A DNA stretch of 64,000 bases from Octopus sinensis. Its lineage: Eukaryota. The DNA lies in NCBI RefSeq assembly GCF_006345805.1, contig NW_021836299.1, positions 1-64,000 on the forward strand. The letters run 5' to 3'. The translations under genes were made by a program, and so were the position numbers. This document shows positions 11,402 to 25,376 of the stretch, piece after piece (position 1 is the stretch's first letter; each line of letters opens with the position of its first letter). Under the pieces are notes generated by a model. That model saw nothing but the letters and a program-made list of their open reading frames with translations. It did no database searches and was not told where the DNA came from.

Positions 11402-13232
11402 CGCGCAGTATGGGTATAAAATGTTTGATAAAAATATAAATCATCTCATTTACATGGATGATTTAAAGCTTTTTGCAAAAAATGACCAACAACTCAAGGG
11501 CTTACTAGCGATAGTCAAACAATTCAGTGACGACATCAGAATGCAATTCGGCCTCGATAAATGTGCAAAAGCTACCTTTATCAAAGGAAAAATGACAGAA
11601 ACATCTAACGTTAACCTTGACCAGCAGAATGTCATAAAAGAACTAGACCCAGCGGAGAGCTACAAGTACCTAGGGGTAATTGAAGGGAACGGAATAAGGC
11701 ATTCAGAGATGAAGGAAAGGATCAGGAGAGAATGCTATCGAGAGTGAGAGCAATACTCAAGACAGAGCTGAATGCAAGAAACAGGATCGAAGCGATCAAT
11801 GCATTAGCCATACCAGTCGTGACTTACAGTTTCAATATTGTTAACTGGTCAATTACTGAAATATGACAGCTCGACAGAAAAATAAGGAAACTGTTGACAA
11901 TGCATAGAATGCACCACCCTAAGGCAGATACAGAACGACTCTATCTGCAAAGAAAAGAGGGAGGACGTGGTCTTTTGCAACTGGCAATAACAATGAAGAT
12001 TGCTACAATTCGCCTAGACACCTACCTGAAAAACTCTGAGGACTGGATGTTAAAACTTGTCTCAAAACATGAAAACAAGAAAGCATCATACTCAGTCACA
12101 AAACAGGCAAAGGAATATCTAAGTGAATTCCGAATACAACCAATTTCGGAATTAGAGATAGGCATACAAGAAACAAGCACAGAAAAAGCTAGGCGCATTA
12201 AAACCCGTGCCAAAACTGCGGCCTTAGATATTCTGAATAATAAATGGCAAGAAAAACCTCTCTATGGCAAATACCCAAAGAGAGCGAATAATGCAGATAT
12301 TGACAAAGCCCTGATCCATCAATGGCTAATGGCCTCTGGCTTAAAATCTGAAACAGAGGGGTTTATCATAGCAGCTCACGATCAATGCCTACCAACAAGA
12401 AACTACCAGGCCAACATATTAAAGAACGGCAGTAGCCCAACATGTCGTGTATGCCGACAACAAAATGAAACCATTGATCATGTTGTCTCCAAATGCAGTC
12501 TTCTAGCGCCTACAGAGTACCTCAACAGGCATGATAGAGCTGCACAATATATTCACTGGGTAATTTGCAAAAACCTGGACTTGCCCTATGAAAAAAACTG
12601 GTGGGAACACAATCCACCTCCAGTGCTTGAAAATGACCACATCTCACTCCTCTGGAACTTCACCATTCAAACTGACAGGAAGATAGATGCAAATAGGCCA
12701 GACATCATATTGAAAGACTTCAGACAAAGAACATGCCTCCTCATTGATATGACTGTCCCAATCGATATAAACGTATCTGTCAAGACCTACCAAAAACTGA
12801 GCAAATATAAAGATCTTGAAATAGAAATCAGCAAAATGTGAAAGCTGAAGACTAAAACAATACCTGTTGTCATAGGTGCCCTGGGAATGATAGCGAAAGG
12901 GACTAATTGCTACCTAACTCAGATACCAGGAAACCCCCAAATGGCAGAAATTCAAAAGATAGTACTCATGGGAACTGTTCATATCCTACGCAAAATACTC
13001 TCTATGTAATCCCAAGGTTTAAAACAAACTTCTTTTTATTTATTTATTTATTTTTTAAATTTTATTTTATTTATTTTTTTTATGTATTAGGCATTCACTA
13101 GTACAACACCAAAAAAAAAGAAAAACAAGAAAACCAAATATATGGCACAGAACTTCCAACCTGTTGTCTCTTGAGGTCTCTGGGTGAGACTTGGAGCCAA
13201 TTTGTACAGACATAAAGCAAAAGTCAAACATA

Positions 13233-13233
<1 letters not shown>
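11401..13233 (+). mobile_element. 5'-truncated R4/Dong-type non-LTR retrotransposon (RT 3' half, CCHC, restriction-like endonuclease) within (TAA)n
   Basis: HLIYMDDLKLF, YKYLG, GGRGL, CRVCRQQNETIDHVVSKC, RHD, RPDIILKD...LLIDMTVP...KYKDL. Stops and frameshifts near 11745, 11864 and 12839. (TAA)n on both sides. Confidence 0.92.
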
Positions 13234-13289
<56 letters not shown>

Positions 13290-13309
13290 TGATGATGATG
13301 ATGATGATG

Positions 13310-14096
13310 ATAGAAGCCAGGTTATAGATGCAGAGGATTGACCTGAAGATAGAAATAGAAGTACTTATATGCGCGACACAAGAACAAGTGTTAAAGACGA
13401 ACTATGTGAAGTGTAGAATTTAACAACACAGCTAAGAGCCACAAATGCAGAATGTGTGGTGACAGTGGTGAAACAGTATAACAAATTATTAGCGAATGCC
13501 CGAAATTGGCACAAAGCGATTACAATGCGGCAAGTATGATTCTTTGGGAACTCTGAGGAAATCACGGCCTAAATAGAGCAAAGACCAAAGACGTGGTATG
13601 ACCAAATCCCAGGAGGAATTACCGAGAATGAAGACTGAAAAATCCTGTGGGATGCAATAATTCAGTGTGTCCATCAGATCAGATATCGGAACCCTAATAT
13701 TGTTCTAGTGAATGATAAAGAAAAAAAACTTTCATGATGATGGACATAGCACGTCCCGGTGACAACAGGATCAAACAGAAAGAAGAAAAACTGAATAACT
13801 ATGACGATTTGAAGTGGGGAAATACGAAGGTTGTGGTTAATGAGAAGAGTAGACGTGATACCGATAGTAATTGGCGCACTTGGGAGTATCACCACTCAAC
13901 TATTAACATGGCTCAAAAAGACTGGTACAAATGTAAAGATGGAACGCCTACAAAATTCATCATTGCTTGGAACTGTAAGAGTTCTCTGCAGGGTTCTTGA
14001 AGCATAATCACTAAACAAGTATAACCTCAGTCTGCTGGTTGTTGGCAGCTGACACTTTCCATCATATTCAGCAAAATAAGGTTAGAGTTTGCATCA

Positions 14097-14097
<1 letters not shown>
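13310..14097 (+). mobile_element. Older, degenerate R4/Dong-type 3' fragment (endonuclease region) ending in (TAA)n
   Basis: PNIVLVNDKEKK.FMMMDIARPGDNRIKQKEEKLNNYDDL, then in another frame IVIGALG; multiple frameshifts. Confidence 0.7.
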
Positions 14098-14169
<72 letters not shown>

Positions 14170-14171
<2 letters not shown>

Positions 14172-14385
14172 CCTTTCTACTAAAAACACAAGGCCTGAAT
14201 TTTTTAGGGAGAAGACTAGTCGATTGCATCGATCCCAATGTTTCATTGGTACTTAATTTATCGACCCCGAAAGGATAAAAGGCATAGTGGACCTCGGCAG
14301 AATTTGAACCCACAACGTGAAGAGGGATGAAATGCCGCTAAGCATTTCGCCCGGCGTGCTAACGATACTGCCAGCGCGCCGCCTT
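14170..14385 (-). mobile_element. SINE family C flanked by (TAA)n on both sides
   Basis: Family C head and core; (TAA)n at 14098-14170 and 14386-14445. Confidence 0.8.
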
Positions 14386-14389
14386 AATA

Positions 14390-14448
<59 letters not shown>

Positions 14449-15673
14449 GATGATGATGATGGTGATCAAGATGATGGTGATCAAGATGATGGAGCTGATG
14501 GTGATAACGATGACGACGACGATGACGATGACGACAACGACGATGATGATGACGATGATGATGATAAGGACAATGCTGATGACAGCGGTGTTGACGACGA
14601 CGACGACAACGTCGACGACGGCGATGTGGAAAATAATGTTGATGACGATGATCCTGAAGACCACCACAACCTCGACCGTGGTGGTGATGATGATGATGAT
14701 GATGAAGATGATGATGATAGCGATCTTTCTACAAAAGGCACAAGGCCTGAAATTTTGAACCCAATGCTATACTGGTATAATTTTATCGAAAAGGTCACTC
14801 AATATCTTGCGAAATTTAGTTAGAAATCATAACACTTGCCACACCTAAAACAATACCTTTCATTTCATCGGTGCTCTCAGCCATTAAAGTTGCAAGTTTA
14901 CAATTCAGGACGTGCAACAAACGACCAAACCCAAGAATAATATGTGTAAAAAAAACATCAAATTTGGGACGAGAAAGTACAAAGCAAGAACTTCGATTCG
15001 TTTTTCGGCTTTGTATGATAATGTACTAATAGCAAATCACACCACAATATATGTTTGTATGTATATACACATACGTATCATGTATTCACGTGTAAATATG
15101 TGTGTGTGTATGTGCATGTTCAAAGACTCACAAACACAGAAGAAAAACATATATTTATATATAATTGCATGTGCGTTTACATATATGCATGAATAGGTGC
15201 TCAGCGCTTGACCTTTAGTCTCTTAGAATATTTTAGCGAGTGATCAGACATATTGACACCTACGTGACATTCAGTAAAAGAGCGGAACTTTTCGCTCAAC
15301 ACCATGTCCCAGAAAACGGCTGTCTGGAAGCTTATCTCCTTATGTTAATTTCTTGCCACATATACATGCACGCATTTACATACAGCTATTTCCATACACA
15401 TATACACACTTATACATACGTATGTGTGTGTGCGCGCGCGCGTGCATTTGAGTGGATAGGGAATGGTGTATTCTAACCATGAGTTTCTGGGTAAGAGTAA
15501 CACATATGATCAGCTTTATGCGTTTGGTAATGATGCATTCATCTATATTTAAATAAGGTTTATAGGGTTCATGTAATATACCATGTGGTTTGTAATTGTT
15601 TACTTGGTGCTGCCTCTTATAGTATCTATGTGGATAACGCTGTATAGATTTGTTTTTGATCAACATTTAACAG

Positions 15674-15769
15674 TAAACTGGAAAAGATTCCTGCGCTAGA
15701 TTGGAAAACCTTAATGAGAAGAGAAACATCAAAATCAGGAATGCCAGAACATGAATTTGGTGCGAGTAG
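15674..15769 (+). CDS. Candidate internal coding exon of an unidentified host gene: (x)KLEKIPALDWKTLMRRETSKSGMPEHEFGAS(R/S)
   Basis: Acceptor tttttgatcaacatttaacAG|, strong donor AG|GTAAGC, 96 nt, symmetric phase, open frame, non-repetitive sequence. No homology recognised. Confidence 0.35.
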
Positions 15770-16609
15770 GTAAGCATATAAATTCCCATAATTGGAAACT
15801 TTAGAAAAATCAAAAACGCCGTATATATATAATATTTGCCGATAACCCAATCAGTTAAACTAAGCACTCATATTATTAGCTCAATATTGCTATCTTTATT
15901 GAAAGAAGATATTAAATAACATAAATATTATATCAAATAAAATCTTATTTTAATCCAGTTTTGTACTATTAACATCATATCCATGAATAAGACAATTGTC
16001 GAAGATCGGAGATCAAACCGATCGAAATCTAGTGAATATATAGATAATTGCAAAAACGTTTCATCTCTTAAAATGAGCTTAATAGTACGAAAAATTATAA
16101 TTTTATGTGTATGTATAATGAGGTGAAACCGAATAGCTTGGTGATGAAGCCGGCGGTTTCATGATCGTAACATCATGTTGTCTATTCCCGCAGCGGTTGA
16201 TGTTTCTTGTACAAGGACATAGTACTTCCTTACTCTTACAGTACTGTCAGCACAAAGGGCAAAGAGCCTTCTCCAAACATGTCAATTGCTCGCTTTCCTT
16301 TCAGTCTCACTCAGGCCAACTCCTATTGTGGTCGTGTCGTCTCGTACGTACTGCGCCTCATTCCACTCGATTTCTTCCCCCTCCTTCTGGCATCGACTCC
16401 ATCACGATAGTAACATATCTCTCCTGCAGTAGTCGAAGCACATCATCAGTAAAACATATCAGCTGCTGAGTCATTACGTCCAACAAACTTCCCATGCCTG
16501 CTCTTCACATCACCTCTTCCTTTCTCGTTCTGCCCGGTCGGGTTGCCCAGAAGCGAAGGTACTCGTAGGCAGTGTCGATGGAATATGTCCAGCAGTTGAG
16601 AGATGTTTT

Positions 16610-17010
16610 TTTTATTCTTCTACTTGTCTCACCCATTTGACTGTGGCCACGCTGGAGCACCGCCTTTTATCGAACAAATCGATCCCAGTACTTATTCTTT
16701 GTAAGCCTAGTACTTATTGTATCGCTCTCATTTGCTGAACCGCTAAGTTACGGGGACGCAAACACACCAGCATCGGTTGTCAAGCGATGGTGGTGGGGGT
16801 AGAAACACAGATACACAAATACACTCACACACACACACACATACATTATACGACGGGCTTCTTTCAGTTTCCGAATACCAAATCGACTCGCAAAGTTTTG
16901 GTCGGCTTGAGGCTACAGTAGAAGACACTTGCCCAGTGAGTCACGCAGTGGGACTGAACCTAGAACCATGTGGTTTGGAAGCGAGTTTCTTACAACACAG
17001 CCGCTCCTAT
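16610..17010 (-). mobile_element. SINE family B (head ggcgtaggagtggctgtgtggtaag; internal (TA)n(TG)n; tail ...gcatggccacagtcaaatgactgaaac)
   Basis: Same modules as copies at 25180, 29288, 35223, 40290, 47565. Confidence 0.85.
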
Positions 17011-17169
17011 TGGGTATCACCCTCCAGGTTCCCCAGGCATAGATGGCAGTTGGCGTAACAATTGATCTTGGTTATTCGGACTAAATTTGAAACGCAATAT
17101 CACATCCAGTAATAAAGATGAAAAAAAAAACAACTATCAACTAGACTATGTTGGGAGATAACAGTTTAC

Positions 17170-17600
17170 TCAAAGTGGCCATCCTCAACTTCCACCACAG
17201 CCTCAAGACGGCTTCGGAACCTGGCACTTGCGTTCATCACTGTGTCTCTGGGAAGATCTTCGTACATCTCCTTCAACTTGGACGCAAACTAGGCCTTGAT
17301 GCTACAGGTAGATTGATTGGCATCTTTCTCAACCGCATCTAATAGATAGTAGCCTAGTAGATTACAATTGGGGTAATTCACAGGCCAGAATTTGGGGCTG
17401 GTAAAGTCGTAGAGATTCTTCGACAACCACTTCTGATTATTTCCTGTTTTATGGTAAGTAGTCGAATATTGTTGCCAAACAGGTAGCCTTTCAGTAGCAA
17501 CCCTCTCCAACCAGAGACAGATCATAGTGTCCAGCCATCTGAATTGAGCCTAGAGCGCTGTTCAAAGATGTAGGCAGTATGACGTCACCCTCACCAATCT
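17170..17600 (-). mobile_element. Tc1/mariner (maT/DD37D-like) transposase C-terminal remnant
   Basis: WQQYSTTYH...QKWLSKNLYDFTSPKFWPVNYPNCNLLGYYLLDAVE...*FASKLKEMYEDLPRDTVMNASARFRSRLEAVVEVEDGHFE* matches a decayed WPPNSPDCNPLDY motif and the typical C-terminus. Confidence 0.7.
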
Positions 17601-18659
17601 TCTTCTAAGGCCTCTGTTATATGACATCGTTGGTCACTACTTCTCTGTTCTCTTCGACAAAACAAATGAATACATAGTTGTAATATATTCTACTTCTGTA
17701 TTACAGAGTGTCACTAACCCATACATCGTGTATGTATTTTATCAATAAAACAAGTTCATCAAAATCTTGCAAAACCTATGTTTCTATAAACAACAATATT
17801 TGGATTATTTGTGCTACGCAAGAAAGATTTATAAAATATTTATGAGAACGTGTTACTAATACATCGGGTGACGGAGGTAACTAAAAGACAAAATCATGTT
17901 ATTGCTCAGTTAGATGTGCAAAGGTCAGCGTCCGAAATGCTTTACATTTTGTAGAGCTTCAGAAATGAGTAGAGTGAAGAGAGGATGGTCCTCAAACCGG
18001 GGCCGTTGCTTGAATCATTGTAAGAGAAGATAAATGCTTCCAATACGGATACCCAACAGCCAAATGGCGATGTTAAACTGAGCAACGGTCTAAGTCTACT
18101 ACCTAAAAATGGCTGCAGGTTTTCAAATAAGTTCCCGCATATTTTTCATCTCTCCAAACTTCATTCACGAGGTTTGGGGTTGACCTAAGCGCTGCAGCAT
18201 ATATCAATTTCCCAAGGTCCTGCCTGGTGTGTTCTAAGACTTCTCCTGAATGACCATAACTATGCTGAAATTGTTTTATTTCTTAGCAAAGATAAATTCT
18301 TAATGCAGTTATACAGATCGCATTTGATATGATATCGTCCTTCACGGAGAGCATTTTGCTGATAGCTATTATTTACTTGCGTGTGGTGATAAGATAAGGC
18401 TGTGCTACATTTATCTGTTTCAGGAGAATAGACATTTTGTATGCTATATCCCATACGTTTTACCCAGCAGTAGTTATCATGTAGGCTATGACAATGCTTC
18501 TGTGTGGCGTGGATTTTACCGTCCTAGGTTCGATGTGCACACCAATCGTGTCCTTCACCTCTTTTATTCCATCTTCTCGTCTTCCATTTCCTCCATCATT
18601 CTCTCTGCCTCTTGCTCCTCCTCTCATCATCATCACGATCGTGATCACGATCATAATTA

Positions 18660-19666
18660 TCAGTTTTGTCAAGATTATTATCAACTTTGTAGTCGTGGTA
18701 TTTTTATTTATCATCGACGTCGTCGTCGCTATCGTTTTCATCTCCTTCCTTAACATCATCGTCATCATCGTTGTTATCGTTGCTTCCTCCTCCTCCTCTT
18801 CGTCATCATCCTCATCACCATCATCGTCATCATCGTCGTCGTCGTTGTCATCATCATCATCATCGGCGTTATCCGTAGCAAGTCCATCAGCTTTTATCAT
18901 AGTTCATCTTTTCATTACACGCTCGCCTTTACCGCTAAATTCCTCCACCCCCTACAAATACCCTATCCCTGACTCCTCATCCTCCCCCTACCACTTTTCG
19001 CACATTTCATTTCCAAACGTTACTCCTAACTTACCAGAACCCCGAACTAATTACAAACCAAAGTTACTAATACAACCACTAAAGCAAAAGTCAGCAGCAG
19101 TAGGAATGGAAAAGGTGGAGGAGGAGGAGGAGAAGAAGAAGAAGAAGAAGAAGAAGAAGAAGAAGAAGAAGAAGAAGAAGAAGAAAAGGAAGAAGAAGAA
19201 AAACTAGAACGACGCCAGCAACAACAACAACAAAAGGAAGATAAACAACTAATACCACAGCTAAATCAAAAACGAAGTGGTGAAGAAGAAAAGTACCAGT
19301 AGTAGTAGTAGTAGTAGTAAGTAGTAGTAGTAGTAGTAGTAGCAGCACCAGCAGCAGCAACGGCGGCAGCTGCCGACATATCGGAACGGCGGTTAGGTGA
19401 GGCGATAAAACCACTAATTATACATTAGTGAAAAATCAATACTAGTATCTGCTGTATAATTGTATACTAGGCGGAAGTTGTTGATTTTAATTGAATTGTG
19501 GGATAGAATTAAAAACATCACGAAAGATAGTCCGGGCGCCTGGCTGGGTTTAGTTAGTATTTGTGAACGAAAGATCTGAGGAATTTGTGGTTGTCTGTTC
19601 TCCCGTCTCTCTACTAACTTTGTCCTCTAACTAATCGGTTGCCCGATTGGCTAAACATCCATCCAT

Positions 19667-19753
<87 letters not shown>

Positions 19754-19925
19754 ATTCTATCTATCTATCTATCTATCTATCTACCTATCTATCTATCTAT
19801 CTATCTATCTATCGATCTATCTATCTATCTATTATAACATGTGCAATATGTATGCGTGTGCTGGTGTATTTGTGTGTACATATATATGCCTGTATATGTG
19901 TGTCTGTATATACATGTGCATATAT

Positions 19926-20003
<78 letters not shown>

Positions 20004-20162
20004 ATGTATGCATGTGTGTTTGTATCTACACATACTTCCATATACAAGTATGTACATGTAAAAGTATATATTTTATATGCAGATAATTCTTTGTTCAGTC
20101 AGTGACCAATGGTTTCGCAACCATAAAGGGCCTAGCCCCATGGAGGACTCGTCATACATTCA

Positions 20163-20221
<59 letters not shown>

Positions 20222-20240
20222 CGTTTAAATATTTGTTGTG
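18660..20240. repeat. Cluster of simple repeats: (CAT/CGT)n, (GAA)n, (AGT)n, (CTAT)n, (TA)n, (CA)n
   Basis: Directly visible. Confidence 0.95.
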
Positions 20241-20534
20241 CAAGATTTTTTACTAAGATACAAATATTACAGGCATCCCCCCCACACACTAAATAAACAT
20301 AGACGCACATAGAGATATAAGCATGCGCAAATGAAGACATACAATAGAAATACAAAATGGCTGACGGTTAGTAAGGAGAGACACAAGTAAGTGAGAAGAA
20401 AACAAAGGACCACTGATGCGGTCACAGGAGTGTGACGAAAAAATAAATATCACTGAAGCAAAATAACCCCAAATATATAGTGCGTGTGTTTTTATTGGCT
20501 AAACTGGCAATATGACCATTCCGAAATATAACAA

Positions 20535-20685
20535 TATATATATATACATACACGCATATATGTGTGCGTGCGTGTATACCCATGTGTGTACAGGTATGCA
20601 TTGGGAATCCTTACTTTTTGAAGCTATGGATTCGTTTTCCTGGCATACATAATACATACGTACATACATACATACATACATGCAT

Positions 20686-20780
<95 letters not shown>

Positions 20781-20910
20781 CACGCATATATGTGTGCGTG
20801 CGTGTATACCCATGTGTGTACAGGTATGCATTGGGAATCCTTACTTTTTGAAGCTATGGATTCGTTTTCCTGGCATACATACATACATACGTACATACAT
20901 ACATACATGC
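20535..20910. repeat. 230-bp-period tandem duplication with near-identical unique core
   Basis: cacgcatatatgtgtgcgtgcg...gggaatccttactttttgaagctatggattcgttttcctggcatacat at 20551 and 20781. Confidence 0.9.
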
Positions 20911-21989
20911 GTACGTACGTTCATAAATCTTTCTCCGTCATCTTTCCAGGGCTTTGGAGACATGTAGAGACTAAGAGACTAAGGTCCTCAGACAGGAAGA
21001 TACTAAGATCCTCAGGCAGGAACCCATGTCTGAATCGATCGTTGTGAGAGACCAGACACTCAATTGTTCGTTCAATTGAACAACCTACAAAAGGGGTTGA
21101 ATATTCCGCAGACACATGTACCATTGGCGTTATGATCGGGGGAAACTGGGGTGAGATAGTTTATGATGATTCAAGGTTGTACTTTTGAATCACAAGTCCA
21201 CTCCTTTAGAAGGGCTTCTCTATATTTTCCATCTACCCGATATAACCCAGTAGGTATGTGTCGATGCGAGGATATGAAAGGTGATATCCGCACAATATGC
21301 TACGCAATGGGATCGAAACCGGGATCTTGTGGTTACGATGCGTACTTCTTAGCCAGTTGGCCGATTTTTATATGTTGTGCAGATATTAATGTATGAGTAG
21401 TATACACATACATACATACATACATACATATACATACACACAATATATATATATGTGTGCGTATGTGCGTATAATATATGTATATATACACACATACACA
21501 TGTACATATACAGATATATACACATGCATACGCTAATAAATATTTATATACATGCACGCATAAACGTATACTTATACAAATATATATGTGTGTTTGCGCG
21601 TGTGTGTATATGTATATATGCATAATATATATACGTGTATGTATATATGTGTGTGTGGGAATGTGTGTGTATGTATGTAACTCATTGAAATATCTGTACA
21701 CAAACACGTACACATACATCTCCGCACTTGTTTAAATACGCATTCTGACACAGACCCACACACGGACGCGCGCGCGCAAGCACGCACGCACGCACGCACG
21801 CACGCGCACACACAGATTGCCAGATTGGTCTGTGATGTGTAATAGCTGCGACTCTGGCCTTTCCTTTGATAATGAGAAAGCAGTCTCATTGCAAAGGATG
21901 TAACAGACATCAATGGAATTTCGTTTCATGTTGGCCAAGAATCAGTGACGTTGGATTAATTCTAGTGTAATCGTGTCACCGGGGGCATG

Positions 21990-22838
21990 GGATGGGATAG
22001 AGAGGAGAAGAAGAGGGGGTGGGAGAGGAGGTGGAAGATATAGATTGGAAGTAGTAGTAGTAGTAGTATGAGGAGGTGGAGGAGGAGGAGGAGAAGGAGG
22101 AGGAGGAGGAGGGATGGCGGGTGAGAATAATGAATAAAGAGCGGGGGCGGGGGGGAGAGGGACGAGGAGATGTAAGGAGAAGGAGAAGGAGAAGGAGAAG
22201 TAGAGAAGGGAAGGATAGATAAGGAAATGATGTTAGATGAGATGCAGAAAGTAGTAAAGAGGTAGGGAGAGGGGGGAAAGGGAGGGGCAAGCACGTTAAC
22301 TAGTCGCGGTAGTCCTTCATGATGATGGTGGTGGTGGTGGCGGCTGTGGTAGTGGTGGTGGTGGTGGTAGGATGATGATGACGAAGATGATGGTGATGAT
22401 GATGATGATGGTGATTAAGAAGCGACGATAACAACAACGATGATGATGACGATGACGACGACGACGATGACACGACAATAATGATATTGGCGATAAAATT
22501 TATTACGATCATGGTGTTGGTGATGATGATGATGATGATGATGATGACGACGGTAAAGGATACAGCTTGTGGCAATGACGGTGCTGATGACAATGATGAT
22601 GATGATGATGATCAGGATGAGGATGACGGCGATGATACAGATGATGGCGATGATGACGATGATGATGATGATGACGATGATGATAATGGTGGTGATAATG
22701 AAGAGGATGATGACGATGATGCCGAATCGTCGACGACTACGCATTCATTAAAGGAAATGATGATAAAATATATGAAGACGACGATGACGATTACTGCGAT
22801 GATGATAATGATGATGGTGATGATAATGATCATCATCC

Positions 22839-22905
<67 letters not shown>

Positions 22906-23230
22906 AATCATCGTCGTCGTCGTCATCATCATCATCATCATCATCATCATCGTCGTCGTCGTCGTCATCATCATTATAATCGTCATCGTCATCATCATCA
23001 TCATCATAGACAAGTCTATGACGATGGACGGTTGGAGCGAATATGATTGGCTGCTACTGATGTGCTTTTTTCCTTTGCGCTGTTGTTATTGCTCGGTGGT
23101 GGCTGTGGTGTGGTGATGGTGGCGGTGATAGCGATAGTGGTGATGGTCGATTCGGTAGTAACAGATAGGGCGGGGAGGGAATAAAAAAGCTTTGGATGTA
23201 AAGACAGTAGTGATATTTCGTTGTTGATGT

Positions 23231-23312
<82 letters not shown>

Positions 23313-24332
23313 GCTGTTGTCATTGTTGTGAACACACTGCTATGAAGAGAGAAACATCTAGTCAATATTGGATAGCGAAACAACCCTTGTGAACCGTTAG
23401 TGGATATTGTTGTTGTTGCTCTAATGTTATGTAGTGCATTTGCGTAGTAATATATAGTTCCGTATGGCGAGAGAGTAATTATTGCAAGGTGGCGGTTGTG
23501 TGGCTGTCGTTAGGGTTAATGCTAGTGAAGTGTAGCGGAATGTTTTCAAAATTTTCCATACTTCAAGTGGATGTTAAATAATGCTTCAAGACCAGAATAC
23601 ACACCAATATTTCAATATTTACAAGTAATAAAGCGATTGGTTTGATCTTTTCGTCGGAGTTCGGTTACTTCCGTCTGTCATGGTGATAGTCACGTTGTTC
23701 AAGGTATATTGGTGCTAGCCATATTAGTATTGGTGGTGGCAGTGGTGGTGGTGATGGTGGTGGTGGTGGCGGTGGTCGTCGTCGTCGTCGTGTTATTGCT
23801 TCTTAATGCTGTTGAATAGTGTGATGATACTTGCCATTGCGTTTTAATACTAATTTAATACTGCTTTAGAATTGTGGTTGATATTTTTGCTGTTGTTGTT
23901 GTTGCGGTTGTGGATTGTTTGTTCTTGTTATTGTTGATGATAATGATGACTGATGATGATAAGGGTCGTAGCGGTGGTAGTTTGCGAAGTGATGAGCGTA
24001 ATATATTCATGACGTTGACGACGATGATGATGATAATGTTGACGACGACGACGATAACGACGACGACGATAACGACGACGACGATAACGACGACGACGAT
24101 GATGTTAATGATGATGTGGACAACGTCCGATGACGACGACGTCGATGATGGTGGTAGGTGTGGGTGTGGGGGGGTCGTCGAGGTCATGGAGGTGGAGGTT
24201 GTTGTGGTGGCAGTGTCGCCGGCGACAGCCGTGGAATTCGGGGCGTCGACGGCAGCAGCCGTGATGATGGTAGTGGTGGTGGTGGTGGTGGTGGTGGTGG
24301 TGGTGGTGTCGGCGGTAGTAGTAGTAATGGGA

Positions 24333-24368
<36 letters not shown>

Positions 24369-24370
24369 CT
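21990..24370. repeat. Large low-complexity block: purine tract, (GAT)n, (CAT)n, (GTT)n, (GCT)n, (GGT)n
   Basis: Directly visible; explains the poly-M/D/I/V ORFs. Confidence 0.95.
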
Positions 24371-25179
24371 TTTGATCTTGATATCGGAGTAGCTTTTCAG
24401 AAGTAAGACTGGTAAAGAGAGAAAGCCGCCCAATGTTGTTTGCATGGCCTTCACCACCAACGGAAAGACTACATCTTAAACGGTTAAAGCATTAGGAAGC
24501 TAGAGCTGCGTGTGCATCAGAATATCATGTTTTCCTTAGAATACAGATCTCGTCTGTATGCATGCAACAGCATGTAGTGAACCCCATTAAAGTCACCCAA
24601 GAACTGCATGATAACATTCTTAGTCAGAGTGACATATTAAGGCACAATGGCTGTTTTGTGTTGTTGCATTGATGAGAAATGAGCTGAACGCCATGATTAA
24701 ATTTCAGACTATTGTCCTGGTGTTTGTTTTACCGACTTAAGACGACCGACAAGATTATCTTTGGCGAAATCAGCGTTTCCAATCAAGTGAGGCATCCGCC
24801 TCTGTTAATACCGAGATTGACTTTGTCATTCAACCATCACATTCAACCAAAACAATTCTCAAGATTGCAAACAAAAGTAGAAATATTTGATATAGACACA
24901 AAATAATGATAATTGATGTGCTGCAGTTGGAAATGAAATTGTCTGCGATAAGCCATCGTCTTTTTTACAGTGAAGTTATTATAAAACGCATGACAGTAGA
25001 TTACTTAAAGTCATACACACACTCATACGCACACACGCGCACACAAGCACACACATATACGTATATACATGTATGCAGGCGTAGAAGTGGCTTGTATCAT
25101 TATCATTCATCTCATTAATGTCCGTGTCCAGCTACCTTACACTATGTACTGCCTCTATGGCAAATTTAATAAAATAAAG

Positions 25180-25344
25180 TAGCCTGCTTACCAACCACGT
25201 GATTCTGGGTTCAGTCCCACTGCGTGGCACTTTGGGCAAGTGTCTTCTACTATAGCCTCGGGCCGACCAATGCCTTGTCAGTGGATTTGTAGACGGAAAC
25301 TGAAAGAAGCTCGTCATATATATATGTGTGTGTGTGTGTATATG

Positions 25345-25376
<32 letters not shown>

